NCBI GenBank assembly: GCA_040400605.1
Contig: JBBAPZ010000008.1
Span: forward strand, 68,450-124,072
DNA from: Candidatus Sericytochromatia bacterium
Lineage (GTDB): Bacteria; Cyanobacteriota; Sericytochromatia; S15B-MN24; JAQBPE01
Length of the DNA: 55,623 nucleotides
Reading direction: 5' to 3'
The position numbers and the translations under genes are program-made. Under the pieces are notes generated by a model. That model was given only the letters and a program-made list of their open reading frames with translations. It was not told where the DNA came from and did no database searches. Position 1 is the first letter of the stretch. Every line of letters starts with the position of its first letter. Positions 37,344-48,258 of this stretch are shown here, one piece after another.

Positions 37344-40300
37344 GACAACCGTGCCGCCTTGCGCTCACGATACTGTTCAATGGTCAGACTTTGCACCATG
37401 GAGTGACGACCTTCAAGGTTGTGAACCAAATGCACATGCGCCACGTAATCCTCGATGACATGAATCTTCTGCAACGGCGTCACGATCAAAAGCTGAAGGT
37501 CCAGGCGCCTGAACAATTCCAGACCATAGCGAGCAGATTCATCCGAGCCTCGCCCAAACGCTTCGTCAATCATCACGAAGCGAAAGTTGCGGCTGCGTGC
37601 TGCATCGTGATCCAAACCAAACTGGTAAGCGAGGGCCGACGCCAAAATCGTGTAAGCCAGCTTTTCTTTCTGACCACCGGATTTACCGGCGGAATCCGTA
37701 TAGAATTCTTTTTCGGTGTTGTCGGTGCCCCATCGCTCACTCGCAGAAAAAACGAACCAATTGCGCACATCCGTCACTTTCTGGGTCCAGCGCTTATCCA
37801 GCTCGGTCTGACCTTCCCGACCGTTGAAGCGATCGATCAACCGCCGAACCTGCAAAAACTTGTACTCGGCATAAAGCTCGTCATCGCTGTCCGTCAACGT
37901 GCCGCTCAGGCACTCCCGCAGTTCCCGCTGAAACTCGCGAACCTCCGGGTCGTGGGTGCGATCGCCCACCAACGTGATGTACGTCCCCGGATTATACTCA
38001 ATCGTTTGCAACGAGCGATTGATCGTGGCCACCTTATCTTCAATATCCTGCCGCTCTTTATCCAGCCAGCCCTGAAACATCGCGATGCTCTGAATCGTGC
38101 GTTGGTTCAACATCTCTTTAAAACTGGCTTCGTGACGGGGCAAATCCTCAGCCATCAATTGGTGAAGCATCGCCCTGAACTCCGGTGCCGCCGCCACACT
38201 ATCATCCACCTCCAAAGTCTCTTGTGGAAAAGCGCGCCTGTATTCCCCCATCTGACGCACAATCGTCTCTTTAAGACGCTCAACAGCCTTGGCCACCGCA
38301 TTGATGTGCCCTTGCAACCACGTGCGCATCTCAGTCTGACTGTTATCGACGCTCTCAACCGTCAAACGCTTCTCCCCCAAAGCCTCTGGGCGCATCGCAT
38401 CAAGACGCGGAAACACCGCTTCCCGCAACCGCGGTTCGAAGGACGACTCAACGACCCGCGCCGCTTCGAGACCTTTTTGCGCCTGCTCAAGCCGCTCTTG
38501 CACCCGTGCCAACTCCGCACGCAACGCGCGATCCTGCGCCAAAGTCTCCCCACGCTGAACCTTGATCGCCTCAAGCCGCGCCTCTAAAACTTTCAAAGCA
38601 TCGGCACCCGCCTCTAAAACACGTTTTTCTTCCGTCAAAGCCTCAATGCGAAGCGCCAGCGGTTGCCAGTCAAGCTCACTATATTCCATTACCTTAAGCA
38701 AATCGTGAACGATGAGGCGCGTGGCTTCAAGCGACTTCAAACGGGCGTCGAGCCCCACGAGTATCGCCTGTAAAGCGGCACCCTCCTCGGCCAGCGCCCT
38801 ACCCTTAGCATCAAGTGCCAAAATCTTGTCTTGATTGCGCCAACCCAAAATATAGCGGCTGCGATCATCCAGACGATGCCGATCATCTTTCTCGTGCCTG
38901 GCACCGCCCGACTTGAATTGCCCCTGCGGCGTCATAGCAACCGGCAAGCGGCGAAACTCAGCCAAATCCCGCGTACAGACAACATCAAAACGACGCACAA
39001 GCTCAGCCTCCAACCACGGCAGAAACGGGCTATCCTGCTTCAGCTTCAGCTTATGCACCAGCGAGCGCGGTTCATCCGGCCAACGGGGGTTATAAGCCCC
39101 GGTCGCTGGCACCTTGAAATACACGAGGCGTCCCTTCAGATGCGTGCCATCAACATAACGCGCCACCGCCTCATAACGTGCCTCCGGCACCAACAGGCTC
39201 AAACCAAATGCGTGCAACAGCCGCTCAGCCGCGCCTTCCCACTCAGCCTCCGTATCGTTGATCGCAATCAACTCACCGGCAAAAGGAAGTTCCGATTCAT
39301 CCACCCCCAGTGCCTCACACAGCCTGGCGCGCAAACGCAAGGCATCCAGTGGAATGCTGCTGAGACGGGAACGCAAGGAAATAATCTCTTCCTGAATGCG
39401 TGCATGCTCGTCGTTGCGTTCTCGCAAGGCCTTACGAGCGTCAAAAAACTGCTCATCCAGACTGGAACGTTCCGTTGTCACGAGGGCCTGACGGTGGTTC
39501 AATTCCGCACGCAAGGCGTGAAACGCCTCCGCCGTGAGCGGAAAAGGCAATGTCAGACGCTCACAACCCGCGCGGAAGCCCACAGCGACACGCGCAATGC
39601 GCTGACGTTCCACTTCCAGTTGCGCGATGTCTTTCCGGATATCCGCCAGGCGGCGCCCCCCTTGATCAGCAATCGCACGCTCAAGGTCCAGCCGTTCGGC
39701 ATCCAGGGCGGAAAGCGCCAAATCGAGTGCTGCCGCTTCGTCCTGGTATCTGGCTTCATCGCGAGACAATCGCGTGATACGCTCGTTGAGCAATTCACCT
39801 TTGAGCGCGGCAAAATAGGCGTGCAAGGCATCCCGGCAAACCACCCAGTTCTCATGAGCCGCTTGCTGGACTTCGAGGCGATCGCACGCGTCAATCAACG
39901 GCGTCAATGCAGCAACCTGCGCCTTGGCCTTCAACACGGCCTCATAAGCGTGGTTCACGTTGTCAAAGTCTCGCCGAATCGCATCCAAACGCTCAGCCAC
40001 GGGCGACGCCTCCAGCATGTGCAGCCGAATGAATTCCGTCAGATTCCCCACGGATTTCATCGAAACCGTCTGGTAAAACAGGTCCAGTGCCTGCGCACTC
40101 TGTATCCCAAAGCGCCGCTTGAACTCACTGGCATATTGAACGTAACTGTCTGGCAGATCACAACCTCGCTGCCGAAGCTGACGCCTCAGGTCCCGCATAT
40201 CCGTGCCAAAACCCGCAAAATCGCGCGCGATCGTCAACTCGGCATCCGCCACCACAAAGAGTCGCTCGGGCTGGTGCTGGTGATCCTGCATCCAGAAAAC

Positions 40301-40714
40301 CTGTGCCAAGGTCACGGTCTGTTTTAACGTCGCGTGATGAAAACATGCGAGCAGCACCGAGTAAGTGTTTTTTTCGCGCAAGGCAACCGCCCGGGCAGAC
40401 AATTCCTGCTCATTCTTTTCACTTTTGTAGTGTCCGCGCACGTAAGACGCGAGCGAGCGCTCTTTGCTTTCAGCCCCCGCGGCCTTGTTGAAAATGATCC
40501 GATTGCTTGGCACAAGCAACGTGGTCAAGGCATCAACCAGCGTTGACTTACCGGAACCGATGTCGCCCGTCAGCAGGCCGTTTTCACCGGCAAGGGGCAC
40601 GATCCAGACGTGGTTGTCGAAGGTCCCCCAATTGTAGACTTCGAATCGCGCAAGCCGGAAACCGGCTTTGGCGTTCGTTTGTTCAAAATCAAGCGTCAAT
40701 TGCGCCATGTTCAC
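37340..40714 (-). CDS. jetC: Wadjet JetC (SMC/MukB-like ATPase)
   Basis: YNWGTF, Walker [10 protein letters not shown], long coiled coils, KSGGQKEKL, Walker B MIDEAF. Confidence 0.93.
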   Translation of the reverse strand: MNMAQLTLDFEQTNAKAGFRLARFEVYNWGTFDNHVWIVPLAGENGLLTGDIGSGKSTLVDALTTLLVPSNRIIFNKAAGAESKERSLASYVRGHYKSEKNEQELSARAVALREKNTYSVLLACFHHATLKQTVTLAQVFWMQDHQHQPERLFVVADAELTIARDFAGFGTDMRDLRRQLRQRGCDLPDSYVQYASEFKRRFGIQSAQALDLFYQTVSMKSVGNLTEFIRLHMLEASPVAERLDAIRRDFDNVNHAYEAVLKAKAQVAALTPLIDACDRLEVQQAAHENWVVCRDALHAYFAALKGELLNERITRLSRDEARYQDEAAALDLALSALDAERLDLERAIADQGGRRLADIRKDIAQLEVERQRIARVAVGFRAGCERLTLPFPLTAEAFHALRAELNHRQALVTTERSSLDEQFFDARKALRERNDEHARIQEEIISLRSRLSSIPLDALRLRARLCEALGVDESELPFAGELIAINDTEAEWEGAAERLLHAFGLSLLVPEARYEAVARYVDGTHLKGRLVYFKVPATGAYNPRWPDEPRSLVHKLKLKQDSPFLPWLEAELVRRFDVVCTRDLAEFRRLPVAMTPQGQFKSGGARHEKDDRHRLDDRSRYILGWRNQDKILALDAKGRALAEEGAALQAILVGLDARLKSLEATRLIVHDLLKVMEYSELDWQPLALRIEALTEEKRVLEAGADALKVLEARLEAIKVQRGETLAQDRALRAELARVQERLEQAQKGLEAARVVESSFEPRLREAVFPRLDAMRPEALGEKRLTVESVDNSQTEMRTWLQGHINAVAKAVERLKETIVRQMGEYRRAFPQETLEVDDSVAAAPEFRAMLHQLMAEDLPRHEASFKEMLNQRTIQSIAMFQGWLDKERQDIEDKVATINRSLQTIEYNPGTYITLVGDRTHDPEVREFQRELRECLSGTLTDSDDELYAEYKFLQVRRLIDRFNGREGQTELDKRWTQKVTDVRNWFVFSASERWGTDNTEKEFYTDSAGKSGGQKEKLAYTILASALAYQFGLDHDAARSRNFRFVMIDEAFGRGSDESARYGLELFRRLDLQLLIVTPLQKIHVIEDYVAHVHLVHNLEGRHSMVQSLTIEQYRERKAARLS

Positions 40715-41288
40715 GGTAGATCCTCAACTTTTCTTCGAGATCAACCAACCAATCCGCATCGACGAAGGCTTTCAGGATACGACGGACTTCGTAGGTGTTG
40801 GGCTGGTTGTGCAACTCGCGCAAAAACCCCAATTCGACAACCTTGCTGATGTGGCGATCGACTTGATCCTGCATACGCGCCTCATTGGCAGTTTGCGGGA
40901 GATAAACCCGCAACAGGTCAAGCAACTGCACGCGATTGAGAATGACGCGCACCTCCGCCCCGCCCGCATCGGATTCAACCAGTTTTTTACGCAAGAGCAC
41001 GCACAAAAGACTGACCATAAACCCCAACGGCCGCCGGTTGACCAAACGCGGCAGGGTATCGCCTGACTCGGGGTCTGCCGGACGCTGACGCAAAAACGCG
41101 TAGCCTTCGGCCTCATCCACAAACGGTTCCAAACCAATCACGGCGACGTAATCATGCACGCGTGCGTGGAGGCGCAGCAAAGCCTGCCACAACACAGGAT
41201 GCGCGTCGCGCTCCAAGGGCGCTTTCAGCAGGTGAATCACAACAGTACTCAAGTCAGCTTCGGTGATGGATGCCATACTTGTCCTCAT
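40689..41288 (-). CDS. jetB: Wadjet JetB (DUF4194)
   Basis: [40 protein letters not shown]; between jetA and jetC. Confidence 0.9.
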   Translation of the reverse strand: MRTSMASITEADLSTVVIHLLKAPLERDAHPVLWQALLRLHARVHDYVAVIGLEPFVDEAEGYAFLRQRPADPESGDTLPRLVNRRPLGFMVSLLCVLLRKKLVESDAGGAEVRVILNRVQLLDLLRVYLPQTANEARMQDQVDRHISKVVELGFLRELHNQPNTYEVRRILKAFVDADWLVDLEEKLRIYREHGAIDA

Positions 41289-42718
41289 CGGGTGAAAATG
41301 ACACTCGGAACCGTTACCGTTTTGGCACCGGCTTCGGTTGTGATGATCAATTCCTGACGCGAGGCGGCATCGATCACCGCCTTTGGGTCTTGACAGGCGA
41401 TGTGAAGGTAAGCGACCACTTCACTTAACCCCTGCGCCACCGGGTGGTGGGTGATGACATCCACAAGGCTCACTTGGGAACGTTCAGCGAGCATGCGTCG
41501 AATCCGCGCGCGGAGCGCTGCCTCATCCACGTGATGCTGCGCGAACAAGGCATCCGTACTGAAACCGGCTCGCCCAGGTTCAACGCCCGCCGAATCAAAC
41601 ACCGGTTTTTCTGTCGGAACATACAGCGAGCGCGTCATGGCAAGCGCGATGGCGGGCTTGAAATCATCCAATACCATCCATTCCTTCTCCGCCGGCGGCG
41701 CTTGTCGAACAGCGATTGCATGGCGTTCAACATCGTGGATCAAAGCGGCAATCCGCTTGTTCTCCAACCAGACCTGATCATCCAAAAAACGCCGCAATTG
41801 CTCAACCAAGGATGCACTCGTCTGCTGCACCTTTTCACCGGCCTCCATCAAGCGAAACTTGATGTGGGGCAGCAACTCATCCGGAACCAGGGACTGCACC
41901 GCTTGTAAGGTCAACACACGACGAACCAGGTCATTCAACTCATCTTGACGACCAGGGGACATCAAAAAAGTCCAAAAAGCGCGAAAGCTGCGTCCTTGGT
42001 CAGAGTTGGCGATCGCATGGTGCTCATTGAAAATCTCATCCAACAACAAACCCTTGCGTTCAACACGCGTCGCAATGCGTTCCCTCGTCTCGCGATCCAG
42101 CCAGCGAAAATTCTCCTCAACCTGCCGAAAATCAGCCAATAACCGACGGGCACCCTCCTCAGCCTGTAAAAACCGTTCCTTTACCTGTGTCGGGTTGTAA
42201 GGTTCAAGCCGCCCGTCCCGCAATTTGGCGATCTGCACATCCAGGGCCGCCTTTTGTTTTTCGAGATCCGCAATCCGAATATCTGGATCCGTTTCGGTTG
42301 CATGCACGATCTCACGCAACAACTGGTAAATCGTCAACAACCGCGACTCAGTCCCGACAAACTGACGCTGGCTCAGGCTCTGAATCCACTCAATCACCTT
42401 TTCGGTAGCCGGCGTCAAATCATACTCCGGCTCATCGCTCCCCGGAGGATAATACTTGCGCAGATACGCACTGTCACCGCTGGCCCAGTCATCCAGATAC
42501 GCCTGCGCCGCACGCGGAAAGGCCGCGCCATAGGCCTCCCGCACCTGGTAAAGGTAATCATCCAACGCCCCCACCAATTCAGTCTGCCTGAGCGCACGCG
42601 CGTTGGGACGGATGAACACGCGATACAAAAAACTGATGATCAAAGGCGCTGAATCTGCATTCAACAAACGCAAAGCGGGATGTTGCTGCTTGAGCTTCAA
42701 AAGATACGCGTAATCCAT
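41285..42718 (-). CDS. jetA: Wadjet JetA (DUF3375)
   Basis: HPALRLL, FVGTESRL, DFRQVEENFR, SDQGRSFRAFW, QGLSEVVAYL. Confidence 0.92.
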   Translation of the reverse strand: MDYAYLLKLKQQHPALRLLNADSAPLIISFLYRVFIRPNARALRQTELVGALDDYLYQVREAYGAAFPRAAQAYLDDWASGDSAYLRKYYPPGSDEPEYDLTPATEKVIEWIQSLSQRQFVGTESRLLTIYQLLREIVHATETDPDIRIADLEKQKAALDVQIAKLRDGRLEPYNPTQVKERFLQAEEGARRLLADFRQVEENFRWLDRETRERIATRVERKGLLLDEIFNEHHAIANSDQGRSFRAFWTFLMSPGRQDELNDLVRRVLTLQAVQSLVPDELLPHIKFRLMEAGEKVQQTSASLVEQLRRFLDDQVWLENKRIAALIHDVERHAIAVRQAPPAEKEWMVLDDFKPAIALAMTRSLYVPTEKPVFDSAGVEPGRAGFSTDALFAQHHVDEAALRARIRRMLAERSQVSLVDVITHHPVAQGLSEVVAYLHIACQDPKAVIDAASRQELIITTEAGAKTVTVPSVIFTR

Positions 42719-42746
42719 CGGTTTTTAAATTTCAGAGCAAATGTAG

Positions 42747-42819
42747 TGGGCGATACTGGATTCGAACCAGTGACCTCCTGCGTGTAAAGCAAGCCGTCTA
42801 ACCGCTGACATAATCGCCC
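42747..42819 (-). tRNA. tRNA-Val(TAC), CCA not encoded
   Basis: Reverse complement GGGCGAT...CTTGC TT-TAC-AC GCAGG...GGTTCGAATCC..ATCGCCC A; TGTGG-TATAGT -10 upstream. Confidence 0.95.
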
Positions 42820-42878
42820 AATTTTTCAACACTATACCACAGCTTGCCCACCAAGGGATACATGGTCATCGGGAGCGC

Positions 42879-44009
42879 TCAGTTCGATGCGTCGTGAGCG
42901 GTGGGGTGAGGATTTGCCAGGTCTGATTCAGGTACGGATGGTTCAGTAACCGTTTGAAGCGCTTGGTACTGGCGTTCCATGGGCTCAACGTAGAGATTTT
43001 GGATCAACACCTGAATCATGGCGAGCACAGGCACGGCGATGAGCGCGCCGGCGATGCCCATCAGTTGGCCCCCGATGAGCAAGGCAAACATAATCAGCAA
43101 AGGGGAGATTGCCACGGCGCGGGCGAAAACGTAGGGCGCAACGAGGTTGCCTTGGATGAGATTGCCAACAGAGAAGATGGCGACAACAATGAGTGCGAGT
43201 TTCCAGGAGACGGTCAAGGCGATCAAGATGGTGGGAATGGAGCCAAGCAAGGAGCCGACCATGGGGATTAGCTCAAGCAAGCCGGCAATGAGGGCGAGCG
43301 CGAGGGCGAGGGGAACCCCGGCAGCGCTCAGGGCGATCGCCAGGTAGCAGGTCAGAAAACCGATGCTGATTGCAACACCGCGCACATAGCCACCCAATTT
43401 GGTGGTGATGGGCTCGAATTGCGCATCCATCACGGCACGGTGCTCCGGCGGAATCAGCCGCAAGGCACCTTGTTTGAGGCTGGGTCCCTCGAGTAACAGA
43501 TAAAAGGTGGTGATCAAAACCAGGCCCAAGGTGGCAACCCCTCCCAAAATTTGCCCTGCCCATCCCAAGGAGCGTGTCAACGCGTCACCGGCAATCGATG
43601 CAATCTGGCGACTTGCGTTATCGATATCCGGTAACACGTGGTAGGTGGCATCCAAGCCTTGTAACCAGTTGTAAGTGCCACGAAGCTTGTTGACGTAACT
43701 CGGGAACTCAGCGGCCAGCGTGCGGCTTTGCGACACCAGACTGGGCGTGATGAGCAAGGCCAGCAGCAGCAAGGTCCCAAAAACACTGGCAAAAATGGCC
43801 ACCACCGCGACCGGTCGAGACAGACCGAATCGGGCTTGCCAGACGTTGACGACCGGGGCGAGCGCGCTGGCCAGAATCAGTGCAATCAAGGCGACCAGCA
43901 ACAAAGCGGGGATCAGCGTGGCGACGTAGACAAGGCCCAGCACGGCGAGGGTTAACGCCATCGAACGCAAAGAAATGTTAACGGTTACCAGCGGCGGTCT
44001 CCTGGACAT
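42879..44009 (-). CDS. AI-2E family (PerM/YhhT) transporter
   Basis: Multi-TM; GGYVRG, ELIPMVGS, QGNLVAP, GIAGALIAVP. Confidence 0.88.
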   Translation of the reverse strand: MSRRPPLVTVNISLRSMALTLAVLGLVYVATLIPALLLVALIALILASALAPVVNVWQARFGLSRPVAVVAIFASVFGTLLLLALLITPSLVSQSRTLAAEFPSYVNKLRGTYNWLQGLDATYHVLPDIDNASRQIASIAGDALTRSLGWAGQILGGVATLGLVLITTFYLLLEGPSLKQGALRLIPPEHRAVMDAQFEPITTKLGGYVRGVAISIGFLTCYLAIALSAAGVPLALALALIAGLLELIPMVGSLLGSIPTILIALTVSWKLALIVVAIFSVGNLIQGNLVAPYVFARAVAISPLLIMFALLIGGQLMGIAGALIAVPVLAMIQVLIQNLYVEPMERQYQALQTVTEPSVPESDLANPHPTAHDASN

Positions 44010-44033
44010 CCGAATCTCCTTCATACAACCGTA

Positions 44034-44819
44034 TTACCAGTGAATGCGGCTGAAAACCCCGCCCATCCAGGTGTTAAACGTCAGCGCCTGGACCGAAGCG
44101 GTGGCATTGATGTGAATCAATTCAGCCTGAATGCTGATCCAGTCAGTGAGACGGTAACGGGCATCCAAGGTCAGTTGGTTGCGCCATTCCAGGGCGCCGA
44201 TCTGATCATATAGCCGCAGTTGCGAACGCGCACCGGCACCGTAACTGAACCGAGGCCAAGACGCATCACGCCAGTTCAGGTACAGCGAATGTCCTTGGTA
44301 ACTCGTTTCTGCGATACCCGCGCGCAGAAAATCCATCTGGTAGCCGTGGTAAATCAGGCGATTGGCGCCCAGTGGATGATAAGTCACCGCACCGCCAAAA
44401 AGATCACTGTCTTGACGGGCCGCCAGTGCTTGCTGTTCGGCCTGCTTGTGAATGAACTGATAGCCCCCGTAACCGAAGGAATTGTGAATCAACCGTCTGG
44501 AGGCCAACCCGGTGCCCACAATGAATATGGAATTGAACGCGTTATTGAACTGGAATCTGGACTGCAGCGCCTGCAACCGAAACAAAGCCGAGTTATCGGC
44601 ATCTGCCGCGGGAAAATAACTCAATTCCAAGCTGTTGCGTGCGATCAGGTCAGAGGTGCCGCCAGCTTGTTGCTGCACATTGTCCGTGGCTTGCAACGAC
44701 GTCTCAAAATCAATCGCCCAGTTCTGCCCGGCACCCAGTGTCTGGGCGGCGACCGCGTCTGCGCTCACACCCCAACACACCAGTGTCCATGCCATCACAA
44801 AGCGAATTGGGACGGGCAA
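44034..44819 (-). CDS. Exported hypothetical, probable outer-membrane beta-barrel
   Basis: Signal-like N-terminus, alternating aromatic strands, C-terminal FSRIHW; start uncertain. Confidence 0.55.
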   Translation of the reverse strand: MPVPIRFVMAWTLVCWGVSADAVAAQTLGAGQNWAIDFETSLQATDNVQQQAGGTSDLIARNSLELSYFPAADADNSALFRLQALQSRFQFNNAFNSIFIVGTGLASRRLIHNSFGYGGYQFIHKQAEQQALAARQDSDLFGGAVTYHPLGANRLIYHGYQMDFLRAGIAETSYQGHSLYLNWRDASWPRFSYGAGARSQLRLYDQIGALEWRNQLTLDARYRLTDWISIQAELIHINATASVQALTFNTWMGGVFSRIHW

Positions 44820-45097
44820 CCCACCCTCTTTTCCGGTCGAAACCAATCGGCATAAAAAACCCACCCGAAATTCATACCACAACTCCTCCCCAAAGAGACG
44901 ATTCCTGGCCAACCGGGACCCGATCAAAATGAACCGAAAGACCACCTGACGCCACCCGCGCTTCGCTCCAGACTTAAGATGGCGCAAGCACCGCACAGGC
45001 TGTGATACCTGAACGTTGACACCAGATGGCACTTCAATTTGCCGGGTCCGGGTGGCGGGCGCTACAATGAACGGGTTTCAACCCTGAGGATGCTGCT

Positions 45098-47272
45098 TTG
45101 TCCCACTCACTCCTGTCGCACGCCGTCACGTTCACGCCAACTGTGCAACCCGATTGGGACCACGCGCGCACGATATCACTTGCGCTCAGGTCCCCCGCGG
45201 CGGAGTGGAGTCAATCGAGCATCACCGTTGAAGAATCGGACGGGTTCTGGGCGCCGGACAATTTGTTCTCTTATCAAGGGCTGTTGTGTCTGGAAGGGCA
45301 CGAAAACTGGAAATACCTGGATCGTCTCGCGTTCAAGCTACATGGCCCCGAAGGCCCTTTGGTACTTAAACCCGGAACGGTTGCTGCGACACCTGAATCG
45401 GTGACCTATCGTTATGAGACCGAATTTGGGGTTTTAAGCGTACTTGTCGCCCTCATTGAGGGTACAGCGAACGGACACGGGGCGTGGGTCAACCGGTGGC
45501 ATTGGGACGGTCCCACTGAAGGCTATGAGCTGGAATTGAAACCGTGGGTTGACATCCGCCACATGTATGCGCCGTCTGATCCCGGCCGCCATCGGGTGAA
45601 CCCGATCGATGGGCGTCAAGTCACCATCGTGAACCGCAACCATATCCTCGGGTTGGGTTTCAGTCGGGCTGGTCGTTTCGTGCCCAAACGTGAGCAGCGT
45701 ACCCGAACCTACCCGCTTGGGCGCGGTGAACGGATTGGAACGCGGGTGGGCGTTTGTTTCCAATCGGATGTTTACAAGGTTTTTTCGCCCGGTGTCTGGC
45801 GCTTCGATTTAGCGGGGGCGTTAACCGTGACTGCCGTTGTGGGCACGAAAGAAGCGGCGGTACTGGCCGCATTGGATGGGGTTGAGCAGACGTGGGAAAA
45901 GGCGCTTGCGCAGCAAAGCGATCGCCTGGCGTCCGTCGATACGTTGTTTGCGCGATTGCCGGAGGCCGTGCGCGCCCGCATCTATGTGCAGGCTTACAAA
46001 TTCACCAACCAGACAGGTCAAGCTGGCCTGCCGGATGCGGGTGGTTGGTGGTTTCGCACACCTTGGTTTCGCAATGTGTTCGAGAGCTATCTTCATAACT
46101 GGAAAACGTTGAAGCACTTGGGACAACTGGGGACAATCGAGCAGAGTTTACGTTTGGCCCTGCGTTATCAGGAACCTGGTACAGGGCGCTTGCCCAACCG
46201 TGTTCCGGAGGTGGAAGCTGATCACCTCCGTTGGGAAAAAACGGGCAGTTTACCGGCAGATTATTATGTTGCCCCTGATGGCATCACCTTGCTGTTCACC
46301 CTGGTTGATGAAATCTACCCGGAATTGATGGATGATTCCTTGTTTGAAGCGTTGTGGGTTGGCTTCAAACAGGCGTTTGCCGCTTTCAAGGCCGCCCGTC
46401 TGACGACCCGTCATGGCAATCCCGTCTTGTTGGAAAACGGTTTGCTGGTGTCTGTGCCATCGCATTCGTGGATGAATGGTAAGCGGGTCTTGCATGCGGA
46501 CAGTCATACCATTGCGGATTTGCCGATACGTTGTCCGAGTGCGTGGCAAAAACAGGATCTCGCGCAGTTGCAAGACAGTCACTATACCTGGGAGGTGTAC
46601 CAATATCCGAATCATTATTTGCCTGAGATCAACGCTCAGTGGATTCGCATGCTGGCGTGTGGGCGGCGCTTGGCCCGTCGTTTTTCAGACAAGGCACTCT
46701 CAGACGAATTGGACCAATTGCACGCGCTTGCCATTGGCCATTTTAAGACAATCTTCTGGAATCCTCACACCCGGTATTTATACAACGTTGTGAATTTGGA
46801 TTTGCGTGCCGATGGAACACCGAGCGCCGCGGCCATCGAGGCGGTGGCGTTGCTTGGCGAGCAGGTCTTCAGTCGTCTTGAGTTGGAGCAAATCTGGCAA
46901 CTCGCGCGGGATCGCCTGTTGGTCAAGCGGAAGCATGAGGGGCAGTTGAAGGCGTTTGGCATCGTGGCCAAAGATGGTTCCGAGCGCATTTTTTATGGTG
47001 ATCAACAATACCATGAAGCGGTTGTCTGGCCACGCGAAACCCCCTACTTGCTGAAGCTGCTCGAATGCTTGGGCCAACGTGCCACGATTGCCGAATTGCT
47101 GGCAACCAATCTGGCGCATCAAATGGATGAAGGCGTCCTATTTTATTGCCAAGAGCTGTTCAGTTTGCCGGAAGGGACCAATCCATCGCCAAGCAGTGCC
47201 ACGCAATCCAACCCGGTCCCCGTCAAAAACCCGATGCAAGCCTGGAGCAGTTGGTGTGACGCCTATCTGTAA
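45098..47272 (+). CDS. Amylo-alpha-1,6-glucosidase/glycogen debranching enzyme-like protein
   Basis: DIRHMY, AGGWWF, GRLPN, EINAQW, YHEAVVWP, QELF, QAWS; next to a maltodextrin ABC operon. Confidence 0.7.
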   Translation: MSHSLLSHAVTFTPTVQPDWDHARTISLALRSPAAEWSQSSITVEESDGFWAPDNLFSYQGLLCLEGHENWKYLDRLAFKLHGPEGPLVLKPGTVAATPESVTYRYETEFGVLSVLVALIEGTANGHGAWVNRWHWDGPTEGYELELKPWVDIRHMYAPSDPGRHRVNPIDGRQVTIVNRNHILGLGFSRAGRFVPKREQRTRTYPLGRGERIGTRVGVCFQSDVYKVFSPGVWRFDLAGALTVTAVVGTKEAAVLAALDGVEQTWEKALAQQSDRLASVDTLFARLPEAVRARIYVQAYKFTNQTGQAGLPDAGGWWFRTPWFRNVFESYLHNWKTLKHLGQLGTIEQSLRLALRYQEPGTGRLPNRVPEVEADHLRWEKTGSLPADYYVAPDGITLLFTLVDEIYPELMDDSLFEALWVGFKQAFAAFKAARLTTRHGNPVLLENGLLVSVPSHSWMNGKRVLHADSHTIADLPIRCPSAWQKQDLAQLQDSHYTWEVYQYPNHYLPEINAQWIRMLACGRRLARRFSDKALSDELDQLHALAIGHFKTIFWNPHTRYLYNVVNLDLRADGTPSAAAIEAVALLGEQVFSRLELEQIWQLARDRLLVKRKHEGQLKAFGIVAKDGSERIFYGDQQYHEAVVWPRETPYLLKLLECLGQRATIAELLATNLAHQMDEGVLFYCQELFSLPEGTNPSPSSATQSNPVPVKNPMQAWSSWCDAYL

Positions 47273-47289
47273 AACGCTTCGGTGTCGAC

Positions 47290-48255
47290 TTACCCTTTGA
47301 CCGCGCCGTTGGTCAAACCGGACACGATGTAGCGTTGCAGCACGAGCATGACGAGCACCACTGGCAACGAAATGATGATGGCCATCGCCGCAAACTCACT
47401 CCACGGTCGCGTGGTTGAGTATTGTCCCACCATGCCATACAAGGCCATGGCCAAGGTGAAGGTCTGGGGATTTTCAAGCATGGTCCAGGCCAGAACAATC
47501 TCAGTCCAACCCGTCATGAAGCCAAAAAGAGCGGTAACCGCCACGGCGGGGGTCGCAAGCGGCAGAATCACCTTGATGAACGCCTGGGTGGTGGTGCAAC
47601 CATCAATTAGCGCGGCTTCTTCCAGGTCTTTTGGCACGGTATCGAAGTAGCCTTTCATATTCCAGATGGCGAAGGGCAGCGTGCCCGCAGCGTAGGCGAT
47701 CGCCAGGCCGAACAGGCTTGTGCGAATGTGCAACACGGACAGCAAAACATAAAGGGGAGCCACCGACGCCACAGCCGGAAACATCTGCAATACCAAAAAA
47801 CTCATCAGACCAGCCTTGCGTCCGGGAAAACGAAAACGGCTGAATGCATACGCGGCCGACGCACCCAGCACAATGCCAATCATTGTAGTTCCAAGCGAAA
47901 GCAACAAGCTGTTGCCAAGAAGCCGCCAAAAGCTCAAACCATCCACTTCAGTTGGATTGGCTAAAACGCGCGCAAACGAGTCAAACGAGATGCCCTTCGG
48001 GATAAGCACCACTTCCTTGGGTGTGGCGACCGAGCTTGGGTCAAACGCCATCACGATCACCCACCACACCGGAAACACGCTGATCAGACTCGCTGTCACA
48101 AGCAAGGCGTGCGCCAACCCCAAACGCATCCAACGTGACATCCGGAGCGTGGCAACGCGGCCCACGGAAGGCTTTGAAACACCGGCCTGCGGAATCTTGA
48201 GCGTCAATTCCTGTACGTCAGCAGCCGCTCGGGTCACGCGCGCATCCGGGTTCAT
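47290..48255 (-). CDS. malG: Maltose/maltodextrin ABC permease
   Basis: AAYAFSRFRFPG, KGYFDTVPKDLEEAALIDG, VSGLTNGAVKG. Confidence 0.88.
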   Translation of the reverse strand: MNPDARVTRAAADVQELTLKIPQAGVSKPSVGRVATLRMSRWMRLGLAHALLVTASLISVFPVWWVIVMAFDPSSVATPKEVVLIPKGISFDSFARVLANPTEVDGLSFWRLLGNSLLLSLGTTMIGIVLGASAAYAFSRFRFPGRKAGLMSFLVLQMFPAVASVAPLYVLLSVLHIRTSLFGLAIAYAAGTLPFAIWNMKGYFDTVPKDLEEAALIDGCTTTQAFIKVILPLATPAVAVTALFGFMTGWTEIVLAWTMLENPQTFTLAMALYGMVGQYSTTRPWSEFAAMAIIISLPVVLVMLVLQRYIVSGLTNGAVKG

Positions 48256-48258
48256 GGG

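Noticed and set aside
37391..40327. Long + strand ORFs (398 and 498 aa)
   Set aside because: Antisense shadows of jetC with no recognisable motifs.
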